Source: Gammaproteobacteria bacterium
Lineage (GTDB): Bacteria > Pseudomonadota > Gammaproteobacteria > Tethybacterales > CBDBMS01
NCBI GenBank assembly: GCA_965207545.1
Contig: CBDBMS010000003.1
Coordinates: 525,433 to 589,432, forward strand
Reading direction: 5' to 3'
DNA: 64,000 bases
A program made the position numbers and the translations under genes. This document shows, one piece after another, positions 28,492-38,845 of this stretch; positions within the stretch are counted from its first letter, which is position 1; each line of letters opens with the position of its first letter. The notes beneath the pieces were generated by a model. It was not told where the DNA came from, ran no database searches, and worked only from the letters and a program-made list of their open reading frames with translations.

Positions 28492-30267
28492 TTAGTCTTC
28501 CTTTCTCAACAAAAGCCCAAGTTCGTGTAGTTGTTTCTCATCAAGTGGCGCCGGCGCGGCCGTAAACAAACACTGTCCACGCTGTGTTTTTGGGAAGGCT
28601 ATGACATCCCTGATGCTCTGTGAACCGGTAATGAGCTGAACTATGCGGTCAACGCCCATGGCTATCCCGCCATGGGGTGGCATGCCATAGGAGAGAGCGC
28701 CAAGCAGAAAGCCGAACTTGTTTTCCGCAGTCTGGCTGTCAATTCCCAGAACCTCCAGAACCTTGAGCTGGACATCCCGCTTATGGATGCGAATCGATCC
28801 GCCACCAATTTCGGCGCCATTCAGTACGAGATCATACGCTTGGGAGATGATTCTTTCCGGGCGGCCGCCGTCATCAAGCATGTGAAGATCATCGTCACGC
28901 GGTGCCGTGAACGGGTGATGGCTGGCATGCCAGGATCCTGAATCGTAATCATAGTCGAAAAGAGGGAAGTCGACTACCCATACAGGTGCCCAGGCCTGCT
29001 CTTTCCAGAGGTTGAAGTTGTTGCAGAGCCTGGCCATCAAGGCCGACATGCTCTTGTTGACTACATCAATTCGTCCGGCACCGAAAAACACTAGGTCGCC
29101 GTTGGCGCAGCTTGCCTTTTCCAGTATCTTTGCCACCACCTCGTCGTTCAGAAACTTGAGAATGGGCGACTGCAGCTTCGCTGGGCTTGTCTGCTCGACC
29201 TTTATGTAGGCGAGCCCTTTGGCTCCATATCCGCCTACGAATTCGGTCAAGGCGTTGATGTCTTGCCGTGAAAGCTTTCCGCCGCCGGGGAGATTCAGTG
29301 CAATGACGCGCCCTTCAGGGCTATTGGCCGGCTCACTGAACACCTTGAAGTCAACTGTCTTCATCAATTCGGTCAAGTCGGAAAATGCAAGCGGGTTGCG
29401 AAGATCGGGACGGTCAGAGCCGTATTTCCGCATCGCCTCGGAATGAGTCATTTTCGGAAAGGGCAGTGGGAGGTCAATGCCAGCAGATTCACGGAATGCG
29501 GCTGCAATCATGCCCTCTGCCAACTCCATCACATCCTCGGGCTCGGGAAAAGACATCTCTATGTCAATCTGTGTGAATTCCGCCTGCCGGTCCGAACGGA
29601 AATCCTCGTCACGGAAACATTTGACGATCTGGTAATAGCGGTCGAATCCGGCACCCATGAGCGACTGCTTGAACAGCTGTGGAGACTGCGGCAAGGCGTA
29701 AAAGGCGCCTTGGCTATGCCGCGCAGGAACAATGAAGTCCCGTGCGCCCTCGGGTGTGGATCGAGTCAGCATCGGCGTCTCGATGTCGACAAAGCCTTTT
29801 TCGTCAAGATGGCGGCGGATCGAAGTGACAAACCGACTTCTTGCCCGGATTCGCCTCTGGTTCTCAGGTTTTCTAAGGTCGAGAAAACGATATCTTAGGC
29901 GAACCTCCTCGCTAACATTGGGATCATCCAGCTGATAGGGCAGTGCTTGAGCCTGGTTAAGCACATCCAAGCGGTCGACGGCTATTTCGATCGACCCGGT
30001 CGGCAGATTTTCGTTACGCGTGCCTTCAGGGCGCTCATTTACTAGACCCTCGACCCGGATCACAGTCTCCAAGCGCAATTGGCTGACAAGACTGCTGAAC
30101 TCCGGATTCTCAGGATCAACCACGATCTGTGCAATCCCGGTGTGATCCCGCAGGTCAAGAAAAAGCACGCCACCATGATCCCGCATGGAGTCAATCCAGC
30201 CACAAAGCGTTACGGACTTTCCCTTATCCGCTGACCTCAGGATTCCACAGTGATGGGTTCTTTTCAT
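28492..30267 (-). CDS. aspS: aspartate--tRNA ligase
   Basis: 591 aa class-IIb aaRS. It has an N-terminal OB fold (RDHGGVLFLDLRD), the stretch FRDEDFRSDRQAEFTQID, and motif 3 GGIAMGVDR. Confidence 0.95.
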   Translation of the reverse strand: MKRTHHCGILRSADKGKSVTLCGWIDSMRDHGGVLFLDLRDHTGIAQIVVDPENPEFSSLVSQLRLETVIRVEGLVNERPEGTRNENLPTGSIEIAVDRLDVLNQAQALPYQLDDPNVSEEVRLRYRFLDLRKPENQRRIRARSRFVTSIRRHLDEKGFVDIETPMLTRSTPEGARDFIVPARHSQGAFYALPQSPQLFKQSLMGAGFDRYYQIVKCFRDEDFRSDRQAEFTQIDIEMSFPEPEDVMELAEGMIAAAFRESAGIDLPLPFPKMTHSEAMRKYGSDRPDLRNPLAFSDLTELMKTVDFKVFSEPANSPEGRVIALNLPGGGKLSRQDINALTEFVGGYGAKGLAYIKVEQTSPAKLQSPILKFLNDEVVAKILEKASCANGDLVFFGAGRIDVVNKSMSALMARLCNNFNLWKEQAWAPVWVVDFPLFDYDYDSGSWHASHHPFTAPRDDDLHMLDDGGRPERIISQAYDLVLNGAEIGGGSIRIHKRDVQLKVLEVLGIDSQTAENKFGFLLGALSYGMPPHGGIAMGVDRIVQLITGSQSIRDVIAFPKTQRGQCLFTAAPAPLDEKQLHELGLLLRKED

Positions 30268-30298
30268 TGAAGCAAAGCGTTGAATGTTAACCGAAAAA

Positions 30299-31066
30299 TC
30301 ATAGTTGTATCCTCTTTTCTATCGCCGAAAGGAATCCCCGCAGCATGTTGATCTCCTGCCGGTCGGGATCCGCTCTCATCAGAATAAGTCTCAGGCGCGC
30401 CAGGAAGGGCCTATGATCTCTGTCGTTGACTATCCCGACTTCTTTCGACACACGTTCAAAATGGTCAAGCATCTGTTCACGGAATTCAACGTTTGGGATG
30501 TCCCGCAACGCTGGCCCCTGTTCGGAGCCATGCGTTTTTTCGATCTGGCGTCGTATCTCGTAAAGCGCAACTTGAAGTGCGTGGGAAATGTTCAAGGACG
30601 GAGATTGCGGATTTGCTGTGATCTCCACCGGATGGTTTGCGAGCAAAGCCTCCTCGTTCGACAAGCCAGCTTTTTCATTGCCGAAGAGAAGCGCCACACG
30701 CCTGCCTTCACGCATAAGCGGAAGTAGCCTTGCGACTCCTTCGGAAAGAGAAAGGTGTTGTGACGAGAGATGCCTGTGACGTGCAGTGAACGCCAAGGAA
30801 TAGTCACAGTCTGCAAGGGCGCTACGCGGTGAATCATGGATGACACAGGCATCCAGGACATCAGTGGATGAGGTGGCATTTGCTCTTGAATCGTCGTTGA
30901 TTTCCGCAGATGGAACTGCAAGCCTCAAGGATCCCGCTCCCATGGTTCCTACAGCCCTTGCGCAAGAACCTATGTTTCCGGAGTGCGTTGTGCCCACAAG
31001 CACTACTGTTACATGTTCCATTAGGCTTGCCAGGGGATCAGGTGGGAAGATATCAGACATGTTCAT
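30299..31066 (-). CDS. trmJ: SpoU/TrmJ-type tRNA 2'-O-methyltransferase
   Basis: 255 aa with VLVGTTHSGNIGSCARAV, LLFGNEKAGLSNEE and PSLNISHALQVALYE, typical of TrmJ. The start overlaps the moeB stop (ATGA). Confidence 0.75.
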   Translation of the reverse strand: MNMSDIFPPDPLASLMEHVTVVLVGTTHSGNIGSCARAVGTMGAGSLRLAVPSAEINDDSRANATSSTDVLDACVIHDSPRSALADCDYSLAFTARHRHLSSQHLSLSEGVARLLPLMREGRRVALLFGNEKAGLSNEEALLANHPVEITANPQSPSLNISHALQVALYEIRRQIEKTHGSEQGPALRDIPNVEFREQMLDHFERVSKEVGIVNDRDHRPFLARLRLILMRADPDRQEINMLRGFLSAIEKRIQL

Positions 31067-31824
31067 CTACGGCTACAGGCTGGACAGTCAGGATCCTTAG
31101 GAATCTTGATCCGTTTGAACTCCATTTTGTACGCATCCACGAGAACAAGAGTGCCAGCCAGTTTGCAGGCTCCATCTACGATGGCCTTTAACGCTTCCGC
31201 CGCCATAAGACTACCCATAATGCCAGTCAAAGGGGCTAGAACGCCCATGCGTGAGCATGGCTCATCCTCGTAAGAGGTGTTTTCAGGGAAAAGGCACGAA
31301 TAGCAGGGAGACTCGTCCATGGCAGGATCAAAGACAGCAAGCTGGCCTTCAAATCTCATGGCAGCGCCACTAACGAGAGGTTTTTTCAAGGCAAGGCAGG
31401 TGCGGTTCACCAGATGTCTCGTCGCAAAATTGTCACAGCCGTCGATAACGAGATCAGTCTCGGCAAACAGTTTTGCGGCATTTTCCGAACATAGTCGTTG
31501 GTTTACGGGAACAACATTGACATCACTGTTGAGCCGGCGAATCTGTTGTGCAACGGTTGCCGCCTTTCCCTTTCCGATATCCTCCGTAGTGTAAAGGATC
31601 TGTCTTTGCAGGTTGGTCAAGTCGATCTCATCATTGTCAACCACGACAAGCCTGCCAATGCCGGAGGTTGCCAAGTAGATGGCTGCAGGGCAGCCAAGCC
31701 CTCCGCCCCCGACAATCAGTGCGGTTGCCTCGCGTATTTTTTCCTGTCCCTCCACTCCAAACTCGCTGAGCAGGATGTGACGGCTGTAACGCAACAGCGA
31801 ATCGTTATCCTCTATCTTTGGCAT
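31063..31824 (-). CDS. moeB: ThiF/MoeB-family adenylyltransferase (molybdopterin-synthase adenylyltransferase-like)
   Basis: LLRYSRHILL, the nucleotide loop GGGGLGCPAAIYLATSGIG, and two CxxC pairs (CYSC, CPAC). The start is set at the ATG at 31824 (MPKIEDND). The ORF-track start at 31893 lies inside mutM. Confidence 0.75.
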   Translation of the reverse strand: MPKIEDNDSLLRYSRHILLSEFGVEGQEKIREATALIVGGGGLGCPAAIYLATSGIGRLVVVDNDEIDLTNLQRQILYTTEDIGKGKAATVAQQIRRLNSDVNVVPVNQRLCSENAAKLFAETDLVIDGCDNFATRHLVNRTCLALKKPLVSGAAMRFEGQLAVFDPAMDESPCYSCLFPENTSYEDEPCSRMGVLAPLTGIMGSLMAAEALKAIVDGACKLAGTLVLVDAYKMEFKRIKIPKDPDCPACSRR

Positions 31825-32624
31825 TGGGGACAGTAGAACGATGCTCTTTGTTGCTGACGTAGCATAAGGATCAGATTGTCGCACTTCCGGCATTTCCTTC
31901 CTTTGCGGCCATAAACGTTGTGGTTCAGTTGAAAGTATCCTGGACGGCTGTCGGCACCGCGAAAGTTCCTAAGCGTGCTTCCTCCAGCCTTGACCGCTTT
32001 CCTGAGACATTCCTTTATGGCTCGGACAAGACGTGAACATTCTTCTTTGCTCAGTGTTGATGCGGAGCGCATGGGCGCTATGCCTGCCCTGAAGAGCGAT
32101 TCGCTGGCGTAGATGTTGCCAATCCCTGCAATCAGGTGCGAATCCATCAACACGTTCTTGATCGGGGTCTTGCGCCCCTTCAGACAGTTTTCGAGGGCTT
32201 TGCTGCTGAACTCCCTGGAAAGTGGTTCAATGCCCAGGCCTGCCAATAGCCTATGCCTGAAGGCATCAGGAGTCCATGCCATCAGTCCAAACCGTCTTGG
32301 GTCATTGAACACCAATTTGCCACCTCCAGCCAGCATGACGGTCACATGATCATGCGGAAGCCCTGGCGAATCCACAGAACATACCCGCAATGTCCCACTC
32401 ATGCCAAGATGAACCAGCAAGTGCCCCTCATCCAAATCAAAGACCAGGTACTTGCCACGGCGAAGAACAGCATTGATTCTCCTTCCAGTCAGCGCTGACG
32501 GAAATGATGCTGGAATCCTGATTCGCAGAGCAGGGTTGGCAACCTTGACTGAGCGGATTTCCCTTCCCAGAACGGCTGGAAGTATGCCGTTCCTGACAGT
32601 TTCAACCTCGGGAAGTTCAGGCAT
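31812..32624 (-). CDS. mutM: formamidopyrimidine-DNA glycosylase
   Basis: The start is set at MPELPEVETV (ATG 32624), the invariant Fpg N-terminus. The C-terminal zinc finger is CRKC...CPQC. Confidence 0.9.
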   Translation of the reverse strand: MPELPEVETVRNGILPAVLGREIRSVKVANPALRIRIPASFPSALTGRRINAVLRRGKYLVFDLDEGHLLVHLGMSGTLRVCSVDSPGLPHDHVTVMLAGGGKLVFNDPRRFGLMAWTPDAFRHRLLAGLGIEPLSREFSSKALENCLKGRKTPIKNVLMDSHLIAGIGNIYASESLFRAGIAPMRSASTLSKEECSRLVRAIKECLRKAVKAGGSTLRNFRGADSRPGYFQLNHNVYGRKGRKCRKCDNLILMLRQQQRASFYCPQCQR

Positions 32625-33546
32625 GAACTTGTCGAAACCTACGCTCACCGATGCGCCCCATGGTCGCTCTTGGATGTCCTCCAAGGTCGGCAAGAGTTCT
32701 CACTTCGCAGTAGCCGGAATTGTTCAGCAGCCAGGATACCTCCTCGCCTTGGCTGAAACCGTGTTCAAGCAAGAGAGTGCCTCGGCTTGCAAGATGCCTT
32801 GGCGCCTGCTCGACAATACTCCGAATTGCATCCATTCCATCCTCGCCCCCATTGAGGGACATGATCGGCTCATGTGCCAAGTCACCTTTCCGCTCGGCAA
32901 CTTCCCTGCAAGTCAGGTAAGGAGGGTTGGCCACAATGATGTCATATGTTTCATCCTTTCCAAATTCTGACAACCAGTCCGAACATATCACCTCCATGTT
33001 CCGAAGCCTGTTCCTTTTGGCGTTGATCCTTGCATGGCTGACCGCGGCCATGTCCAGATCACATGCGACGATGCGGCATTTAGGCCGGTTGGCAGCAATG
33101 GCTATTGCCACTGCTCCGCTTCCTGTGCCTAGGTCGACGATTTTCAGTTCCGAATCGGCTGATGTAACAGAAAGAATGTGGTCAACAAGAAGCTCACTGT
33201 CCGGACGGGGAATAAGGACTTCTGGAGACACCTTGAATTCGATGCCGTAGAACTCGCGCAGACCAAGAATGTAAGCAACTGGCTCGTGCTGAAGACGGCG
33301 CCGCACCAAGGCGTCAAACTGTTCCCTAACGGGACTGCCAACGCCTTTGCGTTCCAGCGCAAGCAGCCCTGCAGAGCCGACCCCTAGCGCCTTGGATGCG
33401 AGAGTTCTGGCCTCAATCATGGCTGCCGAAGAATCAAGACCGAGGAACTGGGCAAGAGCCTTCTGCGCGGAATGGAGCAGAGAGCCTAAAGTTTCCTCAG
33501 GCACGACCGTCGGCTTCGGCCGGTGAAAGGGCAGATTGGATGACAT
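32617..33546 (-). CDS. prmC: release-factor glutamine N5-methyltransferase
   Basis: SAM motif VDLGTGSGAVAI and catalytic NPPY (IVANPPYL). It follows prfA. The start may be the GTG at 33504 instead, which would overlap prfA by 8 nt rather than 50 nt. Confidence 0.85.
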   Translation of the reverse strand: MSSNLPFHRPKPTVVPEETLGSLLHSAQKALAQFLGLDSSAAMIEARTLASKALGVGSAGLLALERKGVGSPVREQFDALVRRRLQHEPVAYILGLREFYGIEFKVSPEVLIPRPDSELLVDHILSVTSADSELKIVDLGTGSGAVAIAIAANRPKCRIVACDLDMAAVSHARINAKRNRLRNMEVICSDWLSEFGKDETYDIIVANPPYLTCREVAERKGDLAHEPIMSLNGGEDGMDAIRSIVEQAPRHLASRGTLLLEHGFSQGEEVSWLLNNSGYCEVRTLADLGGHPRATMGRIGERRFRQVHA

Positions 33547-34594
33547 GGAATTTCTTCATTTCCGAAATGATAGGCGACAGGTTACCCGCCAGAACTTCCT
33601 CCAGCTTGTGTAGCGTCAACTTGATGCGGTGGTCGGTAATCCGTCCCTGAGGAAAATTGTAAGTGCGTATCTTTTCCGAACGCTCGCCAGTGCCGACCTG
33701 AGATTTTCTCAGGCTGGCCTTCTTGCTCTGGTTTTCACGGTCTATGCCTTCCTGGATTCTTGAGCGCAGAACGGCTAGAGCCATGTCCTTGTTCCTGTGC
33801 TGCGAACGGTCCGATTGACATTCGACAACGGTTGACGTCGGAATATGGGTGATCCTTACGGCCGAATCGGTTTTGTTGACATGTTGCCCGCCTGCACCAC
33901 TGGCCCTGAATGTCTCAATCCTCAGGTCATCCGGGGATATTTTTATGTCCTCAACCTTGACCTCGGGAAGCACCGCCACGGTACAGACTGATGTGTGAAT
34001 GCGGCCTTGCGATTCGGTCTCCGGTACACGTTGAACACGGTGGCCACCGGATTCAAACTTCAGATCGCCGTAGGCGCCCTTGCCTGAAACAAGGGCAGTT
34101 GCCTCCTTGTAGCCGCCATAGGTGCCAGGCGAAATGCTGACAAGTTCGAATTTCCAGTGCTTCTGTTCACAGTAGCGCTCGTACATTCTTAGCAGATCTC
34201 CGGCGAACAGGCTTGCCTCGTCGCCTCCTGTAGCGCCGCGCACCTCGAGAAACACGCTCTTACCGTCAGCATCCGAATCGGCACATATCAGTTCAAGCGT
34301 CTGGGTTTCTACAGTGGAAATTTTTTCCTCCAACTCCTCCACTTCCGATCTAGCGAGTTCGGCAAGCTCTGGATCCTCACTGGCAACTTTTTCGGCCTGC
34401 GTGATCTGCTCTCTCAGTTCCTTCCACTTTCTGTAGAGGTTGACAGTCGGCATATTCCTCCCATACTCGGTTTGGAGGATCGATATGGCATCTGTGTTGC
34501 CGCTGTCAACTGCCTCCTGAATCTCGCCTTCAAGTTCGTAATGTCTCCGCTCGATTGATTCAAGGCGGGACACGACCTTCTCAAGTATTGACAT
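33497..34594 (-). CDS. prfA: peptide chain release factor 1
   Basis: 365 aa with the GGQ motif (SGAGGQHVNKT) and the RF1-type recognition loop VQRVPETESQGRIHTS. Confidence 0.95.
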   Translation of the reverse strand: MSILEKVVSRLESIERRHYELEGEIQEAVDSGNTDAISILQTEYGRNMPTVNLYRKWKELREQITQAEKVASEDPELAELARSEVEELEEKISTVETQTLELICADSDADGKSVFLEVRGATGGDEASLFAGDLLRMYERYCEQKHWKFELVSISPGTYGGYKEATALVSGKGAYGDLKFESGGHRVQRVPETESQGRIHTSVCTVAVLPEVKVEDIKISPDDLRIETFRASGAGGQHVNKTDSAVRITHIPTSTVVECQSDRSQHRNKDMALAVLRSRIQEGIDRENQSKKASLRKSQVGTGERSEKIRTYNFPQGRITDHRIKLTLHKLEEVLAGNLSPIISEMKKFHVIQSALSPAEADGRA

Positions 34595-35852
34595 CCTGCT
34601 CCATGGCTGTTGCGTCGTACAAATCCCTCAAAAGGGCCTCTTCCTCCTCGCCAAGGCGATCCGATCCGATGAGCCGGGTAGGAGCATGCAACAGTTTCGA
34701 CGTCAGGCGGTAGCTCATCGCCTTCAGAACCTCATCCGGCGGCTTGCCGGCCTTGATTTGTCTCATTGCCTTGCTAATTTCCGCATCCCTGATGCGGGCC
34801 GCCAAACTGCGTATGTCGGAAATCGCCGAGCTTCTCGGACGCGTACGCATCCACTCAAGAAACCTTCTCGAGTGGATGCCGGCGATGGTGTTCGCCTCTC
34901 CAAGCGCGCTTTCGCGCAGAAGGCCGGCATTGGCCGCCATTCTTCCGAGGTCATCAACGGTGTAGAGGAAAACATCGTCAAGCCTTTCCGCTTCAGGCTC
35001 AATGTCCCTTGGAACAGCCAGATCGATCAGAAGCATGGGACGACGTTTCCTTCTTTTCAGTGCACGCTCCAAGGCGCCTTTCCCGATGATGGGGATCGAG
35101 CTGGAGGTGCTGCTGTAGACGATGTCGAACTCATGAAGCGCATCGGGTATCTGTTCGAAGGGAATCCGGGTGGCGCCAAACCGCTTCGCTAGGGAATTGA
35201 CCTTTCCGACAGTTCGGTTTGACAGCGACACCGACCTGACCGGGAGGCGGGAGAAGCGCTCCATTCCGATCTCAATCATTTCGCCTGATCCTATGAACAG
35301 GACGGTATTCTCCTCCGGCTGGGGAAATATCCTTTTCGCCACTTTTGTCGTTAGCGAGGGCAGGGATACGGATGCCTGTCCGAGCGCTGTTTCTGTGCGT
35401 ATCTTTTTTGCCACCGAAAGCGACTGGTCACAAAGCCTGCCGAGTACAGTGCCCAATGTTCCGGCACTGCGGGCTTCCACAAACGCCAGCTTGAACTGCC
35501 CTGTGATCTGCGGCTCGCCGATCACCATGGAGTCGAGGCCACTTGCCACCTTGAAGGCATGAAACGCTGCCGCCTCATTGCTCTCAATGCGGATGTAGCC
35601 CACCGTTTCCTCTGGACGGTTCAGCGAATCCAGGCGCGACAGCCACTGCCTCACTGGTTCGGGATCCTTTCCAGTACAGTAGACTTCGGTTCGGTTACAG
35701 GTCGACAGTATTGCCGCCTCCTGTACACTGCGGCCTGCACACAGGTCTCTCAGTGAATCCCTCACCATGGATGCGGGAAGCGATAGCCTCTCGCGCATGC
35801 TGATCGGAGTGGCATGGTGACTGAGACCGATCGAGTATAGATCAACGGCCAT
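34581..35852 (-). CDS. hemA: glutamyl-tRNA reductase
   Basis: 423 aa with the catalytic-Cys motif LSTCNRTEVY. It belongs to the conserved hemA-prfA-prmC block. Confidence 0.9.
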   Translation of the reverse strand: MAVDLYSIGLSHHATPISMRERLSLPASMVRDSLRDLCAGRSVQEAAILSTCNRTEVYCTGKDPEPVRQWLSRLDSLNRPEETVGYIRIESNEAAAFHAFKVASGLDSMVIGEPQITGQFKLAFVEARSAGTLGTVLGRLCDQSLSVAKKIRTETALGQASVSLPSLTTKVAKRIFPQPEENTVLFIGSGEMIEIGMERFSRLPVRSVSLSNRTVGKVNSLAKRFGATRIPFEQIPDALHEFDIVYSSTSSSIPIIGKGALERALKRRKRRPMLLIDLAVPRDIEPEAERLDDVFLYTVDDLGRMAANAGLLRESALGEANTIAGIHSRRFLEWMRTRPRSSAISDIRSLAARIRDAEISKAMRQIKAGKPPDEVLKAMSYRLTSKLLHAPTRLIGSDRLGEEEEALLRDLYDATAMEQDVNT

Positions 35853-35922
35853 TACTGCTTTGCTATTGGGTCAGCTACGGATAATTCTAGACGATAACAC
35901 CCGCAAAGGAGCGAGTGGGGCG

Positions 35923-36648
35923 CTAGGAGTTGGAAATTCGGGTGCCTAGATCTTCGCCCAGGATGATTCTCGAAAGCGTTCCGGGATTGAAGATGCTGAA
36001 GACATGCACAGGAATCAAATTGTCTCTGCACAAGGTAAGCGCAGTAGCATCCATCACCTCGAGCTTCTTGCTGATCGCCTCATCGAAAGTCAGCTGGGAG
36101 TACATCTGCGCATTCTTGTCCTTGTCCGGATCGGCAGAATAAGCACCGGCAACCTTGGTCCCCTTGAGTAGCAACTGGGCGTTGATTTCAGTGGCACGTA
36201 GCGCTGCTGCGGTGTCGGTTGTGAAATAGGGGTTGCCGGTTCCTCCAGAGAATATGACAATACACCCCCGCTGGAGATAACGGTTTGCCTTGTCCCTGAC
36301 GTAGGGCTGAACCAGCTGCTCCATACTGAGCGCAGCCTGCATACGAACCTCCATTTCAGCCTGCTGGAGCGCATCGAAAAGGGCCATGGCGTTGATCACC
36401 GTAGCCAGCATTCCCATATAGTCGGCCGTGACACGGTGGATGAGATTGACCTCCTTGCTGAGGGCACTGCCCCGCAGGATGTTTCCACCGCCAATGACCA
36501 GTGCGGTCTCGACACCCAGTGAACGAACCGACTTGACCTCGTCAACCAGGTAGCGGACAGCCTCGGTGTTGATGCCAAAGCCTGAATCTCCCATCATCGC
36601 TTCGCCACTCAGTTTTATGAGAACACGATGATATGCCAGCTTCTCCAT
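35923..36648 (-). CDS. pyrH: UMP kinase
   Basis: 241 aa with RVLIKLSGEA and GGGNILRG. It lies downstream of tsf. Confidence 0.95.
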   Translation of the reverse strand: MEKLAYHRVLIKLSGEAMMGDSGFGINTEAVRYLVDEVKSVRSLGVETALVIGGGNILRGSALSKEVNLIHRVTADYMGMLATVINAMALFDALQQAEMEVRMQAALSMEQLVQPYVRDKANRYLQRGCIVIFSGGTGNPYFTTDTAAALRATEINAQLLLKGTKVAGAYSADPDKDKNAQMYSQLTFDEAISKKLEVMDATALTLCRDNLIPVHVFSIFNPGTLSRIILGEDLGTRISNS

Positions 36649-36692
36649 ACAGTGTTGTGCTATGGCCCGGCTGCGCTGCGGCGTAGCATGTC

Positions 36693-37490
36693 CTAGCAGA
36701 TCTCCAGACGGACAAATCTGCGGATTTCGGCTTTTCTTTCCTTGAGAACCTCTCCGACGGTCTTATCCTCATCCTTGATGAACGGCTGAAGCAAAAGACA
36801 GGCTTCCTCAAGATACTTTCCGATCTTGCCGTCGACAATCTTGCTGATGATCTCGGGAGGCTTGCCTGATTCAGCCAGCTGTTCCGAATAGATATCCCTT
36901 TCCTTTTCGAGCACCTCGGCGGGAACGTCCTCCGGCGAAACGAATGAAGGCCGCATGGCGGCAATATGCATGCACAAGTCGCGCCCTACATTGCCATCAT
37001 TCCGGTCAAGTGTGGCCAGCACACCGATCTTTGAGCCTTGGTGAACATAGCTTGCCAATGAACCACCTGCCGCCTTGATGCTTGCGACCTCGCCGACCGA
37101 GATGTTCTCGCCAAGCTTGAGAACCAGTCCCTGACGGGCATCCTCAAGGCCGGGCACACTGGCAAGATTGCTCACATCCTCCTGTTCCAAGGCGGTCTTC
37201 AGAACAAAATCGACAAAGGAGATGAAATTCTCATCCTTGGCGACGAAGTCAGTCTCGCAGCCGACCTGCGCTATCACCCCGGCTGAATCGTTAACGAGGA
37301 TCCCGATCCGACCCTCCATGGTGGATCGGCCGGAAACCTTTCCAGCCTTGGCCTGGCTCCGGATGCGGAGAAGTTCGTTGGCTTTGCCAATATCGCCGTC
37401 ACTTTCAACAAGCGCTTTCTTGCACTCCATCATTCCAAGACCAGTTGCATCGCGTAGGCTCTTGACCTGCACGGCACTGATTTCAGACAT
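36693..37490 (-). CDS. tsf: translation elongation factor Ts
   Basis: The start is set at MSEISAVQVKSLRDATGLGMMECKKAL (ATG 37490), a typical EF-Ts N-terminus. It overlaps the rpsB stop by 8 nt. Confidence 0.9.
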   Translation of the reverse strand: MSEISAVQVKSLRDATGLGMMECKKALVESDGDIGKANELLRIRSQAKAGKVSGRSTMEGRIGILVNDSAGVIAQVGCETDFVAKDENFISFVDFVLKTALEQEDVSNLASVPGLEDARQGLVLKLGENISVGEVASIKAAGGSLASYVHQGSKIGVLATLDRNDGNVGRDLCMHIAAMRPSFVSPEDVPAEVLEKERDIYSEQLAESGKPPEIISKIVDGKIGKYLEEACLLLQPFIKDEDKTVGEVLKERKAEIRRFVRLEIC

Positions 37491-38244
37491 TGCCTGGTTC
37501 CTCTTCGTTCGGCTCATCATCACCGCTCTTTTGCGAGGCAAGTTCCTGCACCAGCTTCTGCGCACCTTCCTCCTTGCCTTCAAGAACCGCGTCCGAGATG
37601 GTTTTTGCGTAGTAGCGGATCAGGTTCTTGGAATCGTCATTGCCGGGAATGACATAGTTGATGTCGTCAGGTGAATCATTGGTGTCGACAACGGAGATCA
37701 ATGTGATCTCAAGTTTGAAAGCTTCCAAAAGGGCAGCCTTGTGGTAGCCTGCATCAATAACAAAGAGGGCATCGGGCAGTTCCTTCATGTCCCGGATGCC
37801 GCCGACATTTGTCAACAGCTTGTCCTTGACCGACATGAAATTGATCGCCTCCTTTTTGGTCATCTCGTTCAAGAGTCCGCCTTCAATGTCTTTCTCCATC
37901 TGCTCCAGCTTGGCGACGGAATTGCGGATGGTCTTGAAGTTGGTTAGTATCCCGCCAAGCCAGCGGGAATTGACATAAGGCATGTTGCAGCGGCTCGCCT
38001 CCTCCTCAATGGCCTGCTTGGCCACCTTTTTGGTGCAGACGAAGAGAATTGTCCCTTGATTTGCGGCAAGTTTCCGGCAGAAACTGTATGCGGAGGCCAA
38101 CCTTGAAACGGTATGCTCCAGATTGATGATGTGGTGACTGTTCTGAACACCATAGATATACGGCTTCATCGCGGGACTCCAGTACCGGGTACGATGACCG
38201 ATATGGGCGCCCATCTTTATCAGTTCACGCATATTGAAATTCAT
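37483..38244 (-). CDS. rpsB: 30S ribosomal protein S2
   Basis: The start is set at MNFNMRELIKMGAHIGH (ATG 38244). It has an acidic C-terminal tail. The ORF-track N-terminal extension overlaps rplI. Confidence 0.9.
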   Translation of the reverse strand: MNFNMRELIKMGAHIGHRTRYWSPAMKPYIYGVQNSHHIINLEHTVSRLASAYSFCRKLAANQGTILFVCTKKVAKQAIEEEASRCNMPYVNSRWLGGILTNFKTIRNSVAKLEQMEKDIEGGLLNEMTKKEAINFMSVKDKLLTNVGGIRDMKELPDALFVIDAGYHKAALLEAFKLEITLISVVDTNDSPDDINYVIPGNDDSKNLIRYYAKTISDAVLEGKEEGAQKLVQELASQKSGDDEPNEEEPGNV

Positions 38245-38263
38245 AGGATGGCTCTCTTCTCTT

Positions 38264-38845
38264 TCATTCGGTCTGCTGGCCGACGCTTTCCTGGCTATCG
38301 GCAGGCTCTGTGGATGGCAAGGTAGAGGCGTTTCCGGCGCTTTCACTGCTAAGCAGTTCCGACATGTCGGAACTGCCACCTGTGCCGGAGATGACTGAAA
38401 GCGCTATTTCCGCTTTCAGTTCCTTGCCTAGGCTGACTGTGATGCCGTAATCGCCTGTCTGCTTGATTCCTCCGCCAGGGATGCGTATCTGGTCCTTTCT
38501 CAGAGGGGCCTTGTCGTCAAGGCCGAACTGGCTCTTGATTTCATCAGCAATCACGCCCGCTCCGATGGAGCCGTAGAGCTTGCCGTCGGCACTAGCGTTT
38601 GCCTGGATTGTCAACTTGGACTTGTCAAGGGATGAGCAAAACTCCTTGAGGACGCTCATTCGTTCCTCACGTTGTTTGAGCAGTTCGGCTTTGCGTCCTT
38701 CAAAGATTTGGATCGCCTCATCAGTGGCACGCATGGCCTTGCCCGAAGGGATCAAAAAGTTCCTTCCGTAACCGTTTCTTACCGAGACAATGTCGCCGAT
38801 GTCGCCGACATTGTGAACCTCTTCAAGCAGAAGAACCTTGATCAT
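38264..38845 (-). CDS. rplI: 50S ribosomal protein L9 with a ~41-aa Ser/Glu/Thr-rich C-terminal tail
   Basis: [33 protein letters not shown] is a canonical L9 N-domain. The protein is 193 aa, against about 150 aa typical. Confidence 0.9.
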   Translation of the reverse strand: MIKVLLLEEVHNVGDIGDIVSVRNGYGRNFLIPSGKAMRATDEAIQIFEGRKAELLKQREERMSVLKEFCSSLDKSKLTIQANASADGKLYGSIGAGVIADEIKSQFGLDDKAPLRKDQIRIPGGGIKQTGDYGITVSLGKELKAEIALSVISGTGGSSDMSELLSSESAGNASTLPSTEPADSQESVGQQTE

